Shown one piece after another: positions 18,809 through 27,989 of a stretch of 64,000 nt of DNA (positions are counted from its first letter, which is position 1; the number at the start of each line of letters is the position of its first letter). Under the pieces are notes generated by a model that made no database searches, was not told where the DNA came from, and was given only the letters and a program-made list of their open reading frames with translations. The position numbers were made by a program, and so were the translations under genes. Source of the DNA: Ilumatobacteraceae bacterium (lineage in GTDB: Bacteria > Actinomycetota > Acidimicrobiia > Acidimicrobiales > Ilumatobacteraceae); NCBI GenBank assembly GCA_963772825.1, contig CAVYYX010000001.1, positions 53,976 through 117,975 on the forward strand, given 5' to 3'.

Positions 18809-20212
18809 TCAGCCGTTGAAGTTGCGACCGGTGAGCGTCAACACAGTCTCGCCGAACAGCTCGGTGAGGCTCGGATGTGGCTGGATGAACTCGGCGACCT
18901 CGTCCACCGTGGCCTCCCAGTTGACGGCGAGGTAGCCGCCGCTGAGCTGCTCGGTGACCCACGGTCCGACCATGTGCACGCCGAGGATGCGGCCGGGCCG
19001 CCCGTCGCTGCCGACCTCGGCGATGATCTTGGCGAGGCCGTCGGTCTCCCCGAGGATCTGGGCCCGCGAGTTGGCCCGGAACGGATGCTTGGCGACGACC
19101 ACCTCGTAGCCCGCCTCCTTGGCCTCCTCCTCGCCCGGTCCGGCCCACGCCACCTCCGGATGGCAGTAGATCGCCCACGGCACCCGGTCGTACTGCACCG
19201 GCATCGGCGACTCACCGAGCGCCTGCTTGACGGCGAGGATCGCCTCGGCATAGCCGACGTGGGCGAGCTGCGGGGTGTCGATGAGGTCGCCGATGGCGTA
19301 CACACCGGGCTCGCCGGTCCGACAGAACTCGTCGACCTCGACGAAGCCACGCTGGCTGACGACGACCCCGGTGCCTTCCAGACCGAGCTCATCGGCGAAC
19401 GGCCGGCGTCCGACGGAGACGATGACGACGTCGACCTTGAGCTCCTCGTTGTCACCGAACGTGACGACGGTGCCACCCTTGTCACGCGGTCGGTGGCCGG
19501 TCACCGGGACTCCCGTGCGGATGTCGATCTTCTTCTTCTTGAACGAGCGCACGACGACGTTGGCGACGTCCTTGTCGAGGCCGGGAAGGATCTTCGGGAG
19601 CGCCTCGAGGATCGTCACCTCGGAACCGAGATCGGCGAACGTCGAGGCGAACTCGCAGCCGATCGCCCCGCCGCCGATGACCGCGACGCGGTTCGGGACG
19701 TAGTCGATGTCGAGGACCTCGTCGCTCGTCATGATCGGTCCGCCGCGCTCGAAGTTGGGGATCAGCCGGGGCACCGAGCCGGCGGCGAGGATCACCGACG
19801 TCCCCGTGATCTCGGTCGTCGCCCCGTCGCTGCTCGTGACGGTGACGGTGCGGTTGGGGCCGAGCCGGCCGACACCGTTGAACACCTCGACCTTGCGGTT
19901 CTTGCACATCGCGGCGATGCCCCCGACGAGCCCGGCGACGAGCTTCTGCTTGCGCTGTTGGGTGACCGCGAAGTTGACCTTCGGGGCGCTCGACTCGATG
20001 CCGAAGTCGGCGGCGTGGTCGACGTGGCGATAGACGGCGGCGGTCTCCAGGAAGGCCTTGGCGGGGATGCACCCGCGGTTGAGACACGTGCCCCCGAGGG
20101 TCGCATCCTTCTCCACCAGCGCCGCCTTCAGTCCCGCCGAGGCGGCGTACAGGACAGCGGAGTAGCCACCGGGGCCACCACCGATCACCACGAGGTCGAA
20201 TTGCTCAGCCAT
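18809..20212 (-). CDS. lpdA: Dihydrolipoyl dehydrogenase (E3)
   Basis: FDLVVIGGGPGGY FAD motif, redox-active GGTCLNRGCIPAK, NAD motif VIGGGAIGCEFA, C-terminal HPSLTE. Start taken at ATG 20212 (MAEQFDL). Confidence 0.9.
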   Translation of the reverse strand: MAEQFDLVVIGGGPGGYSAVLYAASAGLKAALVEKDATLGGTCLNRGCIPAKAFLETAAVYRHVDHAADFGIESSAPKVNFAVTQQRKQKLVAGLVGGIAAMCKNRKVEVFNGVGRLGPNRTVTVTSSDGATTEITGTSVILAAGSVPRLIPNFERGGPIMTSDEVLDIDYVPNRVAVIGGGAIGCEFASTFADLGSEVTILEALPKILPGLDKDVANVVVRSFKKKKIDIRTGVPVTGHRPRDKGGTVVTFGDNEELKVDVVIVSVGRRPFADELGLEGTGVVVSQRGFVEVDEFCRTGEPGVYAIGDLIDTPQLAHVGYAEAILAVKQALGESPMPVQYDRVPWAIYCHPEVAWAGPGEEEAKEAGYEVVVAKHPFRANSRAQILGETDGLAKIIAEVGSDGRPGRILGVHMVGPWVTEQLSGGYLAVNWEATVDEVAEFIQPHPSLTELFGETVLTLTGRNFNG

Positions 20213-20271
20213 GCGCCGAGTCACGGTAGCGCCGCGTGAGGTGTGCCGCAGGCGGCAGGCGTCACCTGCCG

Positions 20272-20706
20272 CTAGCCGGCGGCCAACCGCCAGCGGGCGA
20301 CGTCCTCTCCGCGGCGGTACAGGAGGATGCGCGCGGCGCCGGGCGCATCGTCGACGGCGAACGTCAAACGGCACGTTTGCGGCTCGACCGTCGTGGCGCC
20401 GCAGGCGTCATCGCCCGACGTGGACGGCTCGACGGACTCGCCGAGCACGACGAGACGGAACTCGCTGGCGCCGTCGAGGTCATCCACGCCGCCGAGCGTG
20501 ACCTCGACGGTGGCGGAGCCGGCTTGCTCTGCATAGCTCACGACGACGACGGAGAGATCCCCGACCTCGACGGCGTCACCGATCTCGTTGATCGGAACGT
20601 CGTCCGCGTCTCGCTGGTCGGCGATGCGCAGCAGCTGAACGACGCCAGCGACGAGGATGACGAGGCCGCACGCCACGGCGAGGAGCAGGAGGGTGCGGGT
20701 GCGCAC
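20272..20706 (-). CDS. Hypothetical membrane-anchored protein (144 aa)
   Basis: N-terminal TM helix LLLLAVACGLVILVAGV followed by a beta-rich domain. No motif recognised. Confidence 0.45.
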   Translation of the reverse strand: MRTRTLLLLAVACGLVILVAGVVQLLRIADQRDADDVPINEIGDAVEVGDLSVVVVSYAEQAGSATVEVTLGGVDDLDGASEFRLVVLGESVEPSTSGDDACGATTVEPQTCRLTFAVDDAPGAARILLYRRGEDVARWRLAAG

Positions 20707-20715
20707 GGGCGCAAG

Positions 20716-21396
20716 TCAAGTCGCGGATTCGGCACTTCGGCGCCGCTGCCACCACACCGCGGCGACGATCCCCGCGACGACGCCCGCCGAGATGACGAGG
20801 CCGACGCGGTCGACGGCTGCAGCGATGTTGTCGCCCCAGACGTATCCGAGGAGGCTGACGGTCGCGGCCCAGGCCGCCGCCGACGGCACCGCCGCGGCGT
20901 AGAAGCGCGGAGCCGACAGGCGGGCGGAGCCGGCGACGACCGGCACGACGCCGCGCAGCGCGCCGACCCATCTGGCGACAGCGACGGTGACCGTGCCGCG
21001 GTCGGCGAAGAACCGACGGGCACGACGGAGCGCCGGGCGCAGCCGGCGGCCCCAGCGATGGTTCGTGATCGCCGCTTCACCGGAGCGCCGCCCGAAGAGG
21101 TACCCGATCGAGTCCCCGGCGACGGCTCCGAGGAGGGCTGCGCCGATCACCATTCCGATCGGCGTGCCGTTGGCCTGCGCCGCAGCACCGGCGACGACCA
21201 AGCCGACCTCGCCCGGGACGACGAGGTCCGTGACGATCAGACTCTCGCCGAGCACGAGAGCGAACACGAGGGCGGCGAGGGCGATCCCCTCGGCGCCGCT
21301 GACGAAGTCGATCAGTCCATCGAGGATGGAGGTGGCTACCCCAACGAGCGCGCCGTCAAACGGCGTCGACCGCCGCCGGGGCTTCGTTGAGTACAC
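20716..21396 (-). CDS. DedA-family membrane protein
   Basis: DedA signature region (GESLIVTDLVVPGEVGLVVAG, GYLFGRR) and 4-5 TM helices. Start is uncertain (GTG 21396 or further in). Confidence 0.75.
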   Translation of the reverse strand: MYSTKPRRRSTPFDGALVGVATSILDGLIDFVSGAEGIALAALVFALVLGESLIVTDLVVPGEVGLVVAGAAAQANGTPIGMVIGAALLGAVAGDSIGYLFGRRSGEAAITNHRWGRRLRPALRRARRFFADRGTVTVAVARWVGALRGVVPVVAGSARLSAPRFYAAAVPSAAAWAATVSLLGYVWGDNIAAAVDRVGLVISAGVVAGIVAAVWWQRRRSAESAT

Positions 21397-21406
21397 AACT
21401 ATTGTG
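21394..21406. promoter_or_regulatory. AT-rich palindrome CACAA-cta-TTGTG in the dedA/marR divergent region (candidate MarR operator)
   Basis: 5-bp inverted arms in an unusually AT-rich stretch, 23 nt upstream of the MarR start. Confidence 0.3.
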
Positions 21407-21428
21407 GTTGTTCGGTTAAGGTCGCGGC

Positions 21429-21890
21429 GTGGCGACGACGTCCGCGTACCGGCCGCTCGACACGCACGAGCAGGTCGCCTGGCGGACGTTCGTGGAGACC
21501 GTCGACGACCTCATCCGGGCCATCGAGGACGACCTCCAACCGCACGACATCACGCTCGGCGACTACCAGGTCTTCGTCTTCCTGTCGGAGGCGGAGGGGC
21601 GCAGGATGCGCATGGTCGACCTGGCCACGGCCTTGCACCTCTCGCCGAGCGGGCTCACAAGGCGCCTCGATGGCCTGTGCCGCGTGGGCTACGTCGAGCG
21701 CGTCCCGTCGTCGCAAGACCGACGGGTGATGCTCGCCGTGCTGACCGACAGCGGCTTCGCCAAGCTCACCGAGGCCTACCCCACGCACCTCGCCAGCGTC
21801 CGGCGACGGATCTTCGACCACTGCTCGAGCGCCGACGTGGCGGTCCTCGGCCGGGTGTTCAGCGCCATCCAGGCGGGATTGTGCTCGTGA
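21429..21890 (+). CDS. MarR-family transcriptional regulator
   Basis: Winged-helix region (ITLGDYQVFVFLSEAEGRRMRMVDLATALHLSPSGLTRRLDGLCRVGYVERVPSSQDRR). Confidence 0.85.
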   Translation: MATTSAYRPLDTHEQVAWRTFVETVDDLIRAIEDDLQPHDITLGDYQVFVFLSEAEGRRMRMVDLATALHLSPSGLTRRLDGLCRVGYVERVPSSQDRRVMLAVLTDSGFAKLTEAYPTHLASVRRRIFDHCSSADVAVLGRVFSAIQAGLCS

Positions 21891-23059
21891 CGGGTCGGAC
21901 CGCGCTCCCTCACGGCTTCCGCGCCTACGTCGCCAACCTCGGGATCAAGGACGTCCGCGCCGACTTCGTCGTCGTCGCCGCCGAGCGACCCATTGCCGCT
22001 GCCGGGGTGTTCACCCGCAGCCGCTTCGCCGCTCCGTGCGTCACCGCCAGCCGCGCCCACCTCGCCGACTCGACCGCGCAGGCAGTCGTCGTCGTGTCGC
22101 GCAACGCCAACGTCGCCAACGGCCGCGCCGGCGAGGACGACAACCGTGCGGTGACGGAGGCCGTGGCGGCGCGCTTGGGGTGCCGGGTCGGCGACGTTCT
22201 CGTGGCATCGACGGGTGTCATCGGCAGGCGATATCCGATCGAGCGGATGCTCAAGGGGATCGCCCAGATGCCAGAGCAGCTCCCGGAGCGATCCGTGGAC
22301 GGCGCGGCGCGAGCGATCATGACGACCGACACTCGGGCGAAGGTCGCCGAGGCGGTGATCGCCGGAGGCAACGCCCGGGTGGTGGGCATCGCCAAGGGTG
22401 CCGGGATGATCGAGCCGGACATGGCGACGATGATCGCCGTGTTGCTGACGGATGCCGACGTGGCCGGCGACGACCTTGCCGCGGCGTTCGGACCGGTCGT
22501 CGAGCGCACGTTCAACTGCGTGAGCATCGACACCGACACGTCGACGAGCGACACCGCCGTCGTACTCGCCAGCGGGGCTGCCGGAGCGGTCGACGCCGAG
22601 GCCTTCTCTGGCGCTCTCCACGAGGTCGCCCAGTCCCTGGCCAAGCAGATCGCCGGCGACGGCGAGGGCGCCGAGACGCTCATCGAGGTCCTGGTCGACG
22701 GCGCCCGGGATAGGGCGCAGGCCAAGCGAGTCGGCAAGTCGATCGTCAACTCGCCGCTCGTCAAGACCGCCGTGCACGGTGCCGACCCCAACTGGGGACG
22801 GGTGGCGATGGCGATCGGCAAGTGCTCGGACGATGAGGACGCCGACATCGACCAGCGCGCCGTGGTCATCCGCTTCGGCGACCAGCAGGTGTACCCCGCG
22901 AGGCTCGACGACGACCAGCTCGCCGAGCTGTCGACCTACCTCGCCGGTCCCGAAGTGCTGATCCACGTCACGCTCGGCACCGGCGACGAGTCGTGCACCG
23001 TGTGGGGCTGCGACCTCACGGCGGGCTACGTCCGCATCAACGCCGACTACACCACCTGA
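21881..23059 (+). CDS. argJ: Bifunctional glutamate N-acetyltransferase / amino-acid acetyltransferase ArgJ
   Basis: ANLGIKD, the self-cleavage context GAGMIEPDMATMIAVLLTDA, and C-terminal YVRINADYTT. GTG start overlaps the marR stop by 10 nt. The rest of the 690-aa ORF-track product upstream is antisense to dedA and spurious. Confidence 0.9.
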   Translation: MLVTGRTALPHGFRAYVANLGIKDVRADFVVVAAERPIAAAGVFTRSRFAAPCVTASRAHLADSTAQAVVVVSRNANVANGRAGEDDNRAVTEAVAARLGCRVGDVLVASTGVIGRRYPIERMLKGIAQMPEQLPERSVDGAARAIMTTDTRAKVAEAVIAGGNARVVGIAKGAGMIEPDMATMIAVLLTDADVAGDDLAAAFGPVVERTFNCVSIDTDTSTSDTAVVLASGAAGAVDAEAFSGALHEVAQSLAKQIAGDGEGAETLIEVLVDGARDRAQAKRVGKSIVNSPLVKTAVHGADPNWGRVAMAIGKCSDDEDADIDQRAVVIRFGDQQVYPARLDDDQLAELSTYLAGPEVLIHVTLGTGDESCTVWGCDLTAGYVRINADYTT

Positions 23060-23061
23060 CC

Positions 23062-23151
23062 CACCCGAGTGTTCCCGGTCGAACTGTCCCACCCGAGTCC
23101 CGGAGCGCGCCACAGGGGGTCCTGGCGCACTCGGGCGCGCTTCAGCACTCG
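23062..23151. repeat. Compound inverted repeat: CACCCGAGTG / CACCCGAGTC followed by CACTCGGG / CACTCG
   Basis: Two direct copies of the left arm (23062, 23090) and two copies of its complement (23129, 23146), directly after the argJ stop. Confidence 0.5.
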
Positions 23152-23191
23152 TCTGGCTGACGCAAACGAAGCCTGAACTAGGTTCGAGCCC

Positions 23192-24223
23192 ATGCTGCCG
23201 TGGAGCCACACGTTTGCCGGGCGCGTCGACGAGCTGGTCATCGACAGTGTGTTGTTGCGCGACAACCCGCTCGGCGATCCGCACGAGCGACCGCTGTGGG
23301 TCTACGTGCCACCGGGCTACGACGACACCGACGCCGCCCGTTACCCCTCGGTGTACGTACTCCAGGGCTACACCGGCTCGTTACCGATGTGGCGCAACCG
23401 CACGCCGTTCCGCCAGCCGTTCCCGGAGGTCGCCGACCAGCAGATCGCCGCCGGGGAGATCCCCCCGTGCATCGTCGTCTACGTCGACGCCTGGACGGCG
23501 CTGGGCGGCTCGCAGTTCGTCGACTCCCCCGGCACCGGCCGCTACCACAGCTACCTGTGCGACGAGGTGGTCCCCTTCGTCGATGAGCGCTACCGCACGC
23601 TCGCCGCGCCGGAGCATCGCGGCGTGTCCGGCAAGTCGAGCGGCGGGTTCGGCGCCTTCATCACCCCGATGCTGCGGCCCGACCTGTTCGGCGGACTCGC
23701 CAGCCACGCCGGCGACTCGCTCTACGAGTACTGCTACATCCCCGAGTTCGCCTCCATCGTGCGCACGCTGCGCGACAAGTACGACGGTTCCTACGAGCGC
23801 TTCTGGGAGGACTTCCGCGGCCGCCCGGCGATGAGCAAGGAGGACGATGGCACGCTCGTCATGTCGTACGGCTGCGCGGCGTGCTTCTCCGCCGAGGACG
23901 ACGGCACCGTGACGATGCCCTTCGACCTCGACACCGGCGAGCTGATCCCAGAGGTGTGGGACCGCTGGCTGGCCTGGGACCCCGTGCGGATGGTGCCGCG
24001 GTACGCCGACGCGCTGCGCGGCCTGCGGGCGATCTACATCGACGCCGGCACTCGCGACCAGTGGTACCTCGACCTCGGCGCCAAAGCGATGGTCCGGGCC
24101 CTCGAGCGGATCGGCATCACGGACGTCTACTTCGAGCTGTTCGACGCCACGCACACGGCGATCGACTATCGCTACCCCACCGGACTCAAGTATCTCGTCG
24201 AGCGTCTGTCGCCGTCGCAGTGA
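23192..24223 (+). CDS. Esterase-family alpha/beta hydrolase (putative-esterase / enterochelin-esterase-like)
   Basis: YPSVYVLQGYTG, nucleophile elbow GVSGKSSGGFGA, C-terminal FDATH. Confidence 0.75.
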   Translation: MLPWSHTFAGRVDELVIDSVLLRDNPLGDPHERPLWVYVPPGYDDTDAARYPSVYVLQGYTGSLPMWRNRTPFRQPFPEVADQQIAAGEIPPCIVVYVDAWTALGGSQFVDSPGTGRYHSYLCDEVVPFVDERYRTLAAPEHRGVSGKSSGGFGAFITPMLRPDLFGGLASHAGDSLYEYCYIPEFASIVRTLRDKYDGSYERFWEDFRGRPAMSKEDDGTLVMSYGCAACFSAEDDGTVTMPFDLDTGELIPEVWDRWLAWDPVRMVPRYADALRGLRAIYIDAGTRDQWYLDLGAKAMVRALERIGITDVYFELFDATHTAIDYRYPTGLKYLVERLSPSQ

Positions 24224-25058
24224 TCAACCACGCCGCCGATCCGAAGGCGACTCCATCGGCCCTCTCGTGGGCGACAAGAGCCGTGCTCAGATCGTCGAGC
24301 GCCTGACGTCGTTGGCTGTCGTCGAGGCCGGCCATCATCCAGCCGAGCGACGACGACAGGCGACCGAAGCCCTCGTCGGCGTGGCGACCGAAGTACATCG
24401 GTTCCTCGACGGAGATGAGGGCGATGTCGTCGAACCCCGCGCCGGCGAGCAGCGCCGAAGTCCAATCCGGATCGGCGTGGGCGAACGGCCCCGACGCACC
24501 GGGAGGCGGTGACGGCACGTCGCGGCCGAGAGTGAGGGCCCCGACGATGGTGGCGAACCACTCGTTCGCCACCGGCGCCTGCCAGGACATCACGGCCAGC
24601 CGGCCGCCCGGGCGTAGGGCTCGGCGAAGGTTGGCGAACGCGGCGTGCTGGTCGCCGAAGAACATCGCCGCGAAGCGGCTGATCACGACGTCGTACGAAC
24701 CGGCCGGGAACGGGTAGATCTCGGCGTCACCGCGGACGAACGTGACGTTGGTGAGGCCTTCCGCCGCGGCAGCTGCGCTGGCCACGGCGAGCATCTGCGA
24801 CGACAGATCGATGCCGACGACCTGACCCGACGACGCGGCCCGGGCCGCGTCGCGCGCCGCCTGACCGTTGCCGCACCCGACATCGAGGACCCGCGTGGCG
24901 GCATCGATCGCCGCCGCCGACATCAGCCTGGCGTGGTGTCGGCGCACGGCGCCGTCGTAGAAGTCGGCGTGGGCGGCCCACTCGGCACCTTCGTCGCCGT
25001 CCCACGCTGCTGCCTGGTCGCCATTGCCTGCCGCGACCGCGAGTCCCTCGGTGCTCAT
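24186..25058 (-). CDS. Class I SAM-dependent methyltransferase
   Basis: Motif I VLDVGCGNGQAA and a post-I acidic residue (VGIDLS). ATG 25058 is preceded by AGGAGG. Confidence 0.8.
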   Translation of the reverse strand: MSTEGLAVAAGNGDQAAAWDGDEGAEWAAHADFYDGAVRRHHARLMSAAAIDAATRVLDVGCGNGQAARDAARAASSGQVVGIDLSSQMLAVASAAAAAEGLTNVTFVRGDAEIYPFPAGSYDVVISRFAAMFFGDQHAAFANLRRALRPGGRLAVMSWQAPVANEWFATIVGALTLGRDVPSPPPGASGPFAHADPDWTSALLAGAGFDDIALISVEEPMYFGRHADEGFGRLSSSLGWMMAGLDDSQRRQALDDLSTALVAHERADGVAFGSAAWLITATATDARRDT

Positions 25059-25128
25059 CGCCGAGCCTCCTGCCTTCAAACGGTAGAGTCCCTTCTGGAC
25101 TATCGTAGATACTCCCAAGGGGATCAAC

Positions 25129-25785
25129 GTGTCAAGTGACTACCGCCGGACGCCGCTGACGACGACCTCGTTCGCCATCCTCGGCCTGCTGGCGATCCAG
25201 CCGTGGACGACCTACGAGCTCGCCCAGCAGATGGAGCGCACGCTGAATCGGATCTGGCCGCGGGCCCGCAGCAAGCTCTACGAGGAGCCCAAGAAGCTCG
25301 TCGCCCATGGCCTCGCCGTCGCAGCCCGTGAGCAGGTCGGCAGGCGGCCACGCACCGTCTACTCGATCACCGGCGCCGGGCGCCAAGCTCTCGCCGAATG
25401 GTTGCGCACGCCCGGACCCGGGCCCGTACTCGAGTCCGAGCAGCTCACCAAGCTGTTCTTCTCCGACGCAGGGCGCAAGGAAGACGCCCTGGCAACGCTC
25501 GATGCGACGGCGGCGTGGGCCACCGAGCAGCTGGACGTCTTCGCCGAGGCGGCATCCGAGTACCTCGAGGGCGGGGGTCGCTTTCCCGAGCGGCTCGCCA
25601 CCACCGTCCTCGGTGCCCGCTTCCTCGTCGACTTCTATCTCGGGACACAACGGTGGGCACAGTGGGCGCGCAGCGTCGTCGAGCAGTGGCCGGACGACCC
25701 GTCGCAGGCGATCGTCGACGAGGCGATCCTCGGGGACCTCGTCCATCGGGCGAGCGTCGCGTCGCTCGCATCGGAGAACGTGTAG
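25129..25785 (+). CDS. PadR-family transcriptional regulator
   Basis: FAILGLLAIQPWTTYELAQQMERTLNRIWPRARSKLYEEPKKLVAHGLA winged helix. GTG start. Divergent from the methyltransferase. Confidence 0.85.
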   Translation: MSSDYRRTPLTTTSFAILGLLAIQPWTTYELAQQMERTLNRIWPRARSKLYEEPKKLVAHGLAVAAREQVGRRPRTVYSITGAGRQALAEWLRTPGPGPVLESEQLTKLFFSDAGRKEDALATLDATAAWATEQLDVFAEAASEYLEGGGRFPERLATTVLGARFLVDFYLGTQRWAQWARSVVEQWPDDPSQAIVDEAILGDLVHRASVASLASENV

Positions 25786-25793
25786 TCGTCGGG

Positions 25794-26570
25794 CTACTTC
25801 GGGGGCATGCGGATGCCGCCGTCGACGCGGATCGTCTCGGCGTTGAGGTACGAGTTGGTGACGCACTCGACGACCACCGACGCCAGCTCGTCGGGGTGGC
25901 CGAGCCGCTGCGGGAACAGCACACCCTTCTGCAGGTTCGCCTTGAACTGTTCGGACGCTTCCCCGGAGCCGTAGATCGGTGTATCGATCAATCCCGGGGC
26001 CACCGTGTTGACCCGTACCCCCACGGCGGCGAGGTCGCGGGCGACAGGCAGTGTCATGCCGACGATCCCGCCCTTCGACGCCGAGTATGCGGCCTGGCCG
26101 ATCTGGCCGTCGAAGGCGGCGACCGACGCCACGTTGACGATGGCCCCGCGCTCGCCCGACTCGAGTGGATCGACCGTGCTCATCGCCGTGCCGGCGATGC
26201 GGATGCAGTCGAAGCTCCCGATCAGGTTGATCGCGATGACCTTCTTGAAGGCGTCGAGGTTGGCGGCCGACTCGTAGGAACCGTCCTTGCCGACCGTTCG
26301 TTGGGCCCAACCGATGCCCGCCGAGTTGACGAGGACCCGCAGGGGGGCGATCGACGTGGCCATCTCGACGGCGGCAACGATGTCGTCCGTGCTGGTGACG
26401 TCGACGCGGGCGAACGCCCCGCCGATCTCGGTCGCCAACTCGTTGCCCTTGTCCTCCTGCAGGTCGGCGACGACGACCGTGGCGCCGCGGGCAGCCAGCG
26501 CCCTGGCCACGGCCGCCCCGATCCCTGATGCGCCGCCGGTGACGATGGCGCTTGCACCCGTGATGTCCAT
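25794..26570 (-). CDS. SDR-family oxidoreductase (3-hydroxyacyl-CoA dehydrogenase type-2-like)
   Basis: [18 protein letters not shown] and YSASKGG motifs. Start taken at ATG 26570 ([10 protein letters not shown]), because the upstream ORF extension is made of repeat sequence. Confidence 0.85.
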   Translation of the reverse strand: MDITGASAIVTGGASGIGAAVARALAARGATVVVADLQEDKGNELATEIGGAFARVDVTSTDDIVAAVEMATSIAPLRVLVNSAGIGWAQRTVGKDGSYESAANLDAFKKVIAINLIGSFDCIRIAGTAMSTVDPLESGERGAIVNVASVAAFDGQIGQAAYSASKGGIVGMTLPVARDLAAVGVRVNTVAPGLIDTPIYGSGEASEQFKANLQKGVLFPQRLGHPDELASVVVECVTNSYLNAETIRVDGGIRMPPK

Positions 26571-26576
26571 TACTTC

Positions 26577-26636
26577 GCGGGGGCTGCGCCCCCGAACCCC
26601 ATCGCCGCCCGGCTCACTGGCGTTCGCTCGGTCGGC
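26577..26636. repeat. Interspersed repeat family B, copy 1
   Basis: GCGGGGGCTGCGCCCCCGAACCCCATCGCCGCCCGGCTCACTGGCGTTCGCTCGGTCGGC. Closely similar to 54596-54647. Confidence 0.6.
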
Positions 26637-26704
26637 ATCCACTCGCTTCGCTCGTTCATACCGGCCGGACGATAGGCGAAGCCCGTCGATTAGCCTCGCG
26701 TCCG

Positions 26705-27859
26705 ATGATCTCCCCGGGCACGAGGGCCATCACCGCCGGGCGCGGCCAGCAGGGGTCGAGCCTCACACCGCCGCTGTGGGGCACCAGTGTGTGGCAGACG
26801 GCGGGCCTCGACGACACGCGCAAGCGGGCGACGGCCACGCGCGCCGACAACTTCTACAGCCGCTACGCCAACCCGACCGTGCGGGCGTTCGAGGAAGCCA
26901 TCGCCGAGTTGGAGGACGCCGAGGACGCCCTCGCCTTCGCGTCCGGCATGGGGGCGATCGCCTCGGTCATCTTCGGACTGTGCTCCACCGGCGATCACAT
27001 CGTCGCCCAGCGCCAGATCTACGCCGGGACGACGGCGTTCCTCCAGGGTCCGTGCGCCCGGATGGGTATCGACGTGTCGTGGGTCGACGGCGCCGAATCG
27101 GGGGCCTTCGCCGCCGCAGTCGTGCCCGGCAAGACGATGCTCGTGATCGCCGAGTCGCCCTCCAACCCGCGCCTCGACCTCGTCGACCTCGACGCGCTCG
27201 GGGCGATCACCGGGCCGTTCACGCTCGTCGACTCGACGTTCGCCACGCCGCTCGGCCAACAGCCCGTCAACCATGGCGTCGACCTCGTCCTGCACTCGGC
27301 AACCAAGGGGATCTGTGGCCACAACGACGCCACCCTCGGAGTCGTCGCCGGTGAGCGCGACGTGCTCGCCGCGCTGTGGGCCTACTCCGTGCTCCATGGC
27401 GCCTGCGCGTCGCCGTTCGACGCCCTCAACGGACTGCGCGGCCTACGCACCCTGGCGGTCCGTCACCGCCACGCCTCGGCGTCGGCGCTGGCGCTGGCGG
27501 AGGCTCTGCGCACGCACCCCGGCGTCGCTGCCGTGTACTACCCCGGTCTCGCCGACCATCGTCAACACGAGCTGGCGTCGCGCCAGCTCTCGATGATGCC
27601 CGCCCAACTGGCGGTCGAGCTGCGCGGCGGGATCGACGCCGCCCGGGTGACCCTCGACAGCCTGCGGGTGGCCCGATCGGCGACCTCGCTCGGCGGTCCG
27701 GAGACGCTCGTCTGCCACCCGGCGACGAGCACCCACGTCAGCCTGCTGCCGGAGGATCAGGAAGCGATCGGGATCACCGACGGTCTCCTGCGCATCTCCG
27801 CCGGCCTCGAAGACCGCGACGACATCGTCACCGACCTCTGTCAAGCAATCCCGTCCTAG
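26705..27859 (+). CDS. PLP-dependent Cys/Met-metabolism enzyme (cystathionine gamma-synthase / gamma-lyase family)
   Basis: YSRYANPT, the PLP-lysine context HSATKGICGHND, and C-terminal LLRISAGLED. Confidence 0.85.
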   Translation: MISPGTRAITAGRGQQGSSLTPPLWGTSVWQTAGLDDTRKRATATRADNFYSRYANPTVRAFEEAIAELEDAEDALAFASGMGAIASVIFGLCSTGDHIVAQRQIYAGTTAFLQGPCARMGIDVSWVDGAESGAFAAAVVPGKTMLVIAESPSNPRLDLVDLDALGAITGPFTLVDSTFATPLGQQPVNHGVDLVLHSATKGICGHNDATLGVVAGERDVLAALWAYSVLHGACASPFDALNGLRGLRTLAVRHRHASASALALAEALRTHPGVAAVYYPGLADHRQHELASRQLSMMPAQLAVELRGGIDAARVTLDSLRVARSATSLGGPETLVCHPATSTHVSLLPEDQEAIGITDGLLRISAGLEDRDDIVTDLCQAIPS

Positions 27860-27866
27860 CCGACCC

Positions 27867-27949
27867 CATTGGAGTGTTTGCTGCCATTGGAGTGTCACGT
27901 GCCGACACGCCCCGCACGAAACACTCCATCAGCACGAAACACTCCAATG
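27867..27949. terminator. Long double-armed hairpin after the PLP-enzyme gene
   Basis: CATTGGAGTGT occurs twice (27867, 27885). Its complement ACACTCCAATG (27939) pairs perfectly with the first copy, and ACACTCCATC (27921) pairs imperfectly with the second. Confidence 0.55.
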
Positions 27950-27989
27950 CAAGAACCGGGCGAGTGACGCTGACACCCTCCGCGTAACC

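Noticed and set aside
20987-21880. N-terminal 300 aa of the 690-aa ORF containing ArgJ.
   Set aside because: This part is antisense to dedA and overlaps marR in another frame. ArgJ homology begins only at about 21881.
26571-26704. SAM or other Met-related riboswitch upstream of the PLP Cys/Met enzyme.
   Set aside because: The region is largely occupied by repeat family B. No SAM-I or SAM-IV-like conserved blocks were recognisable.
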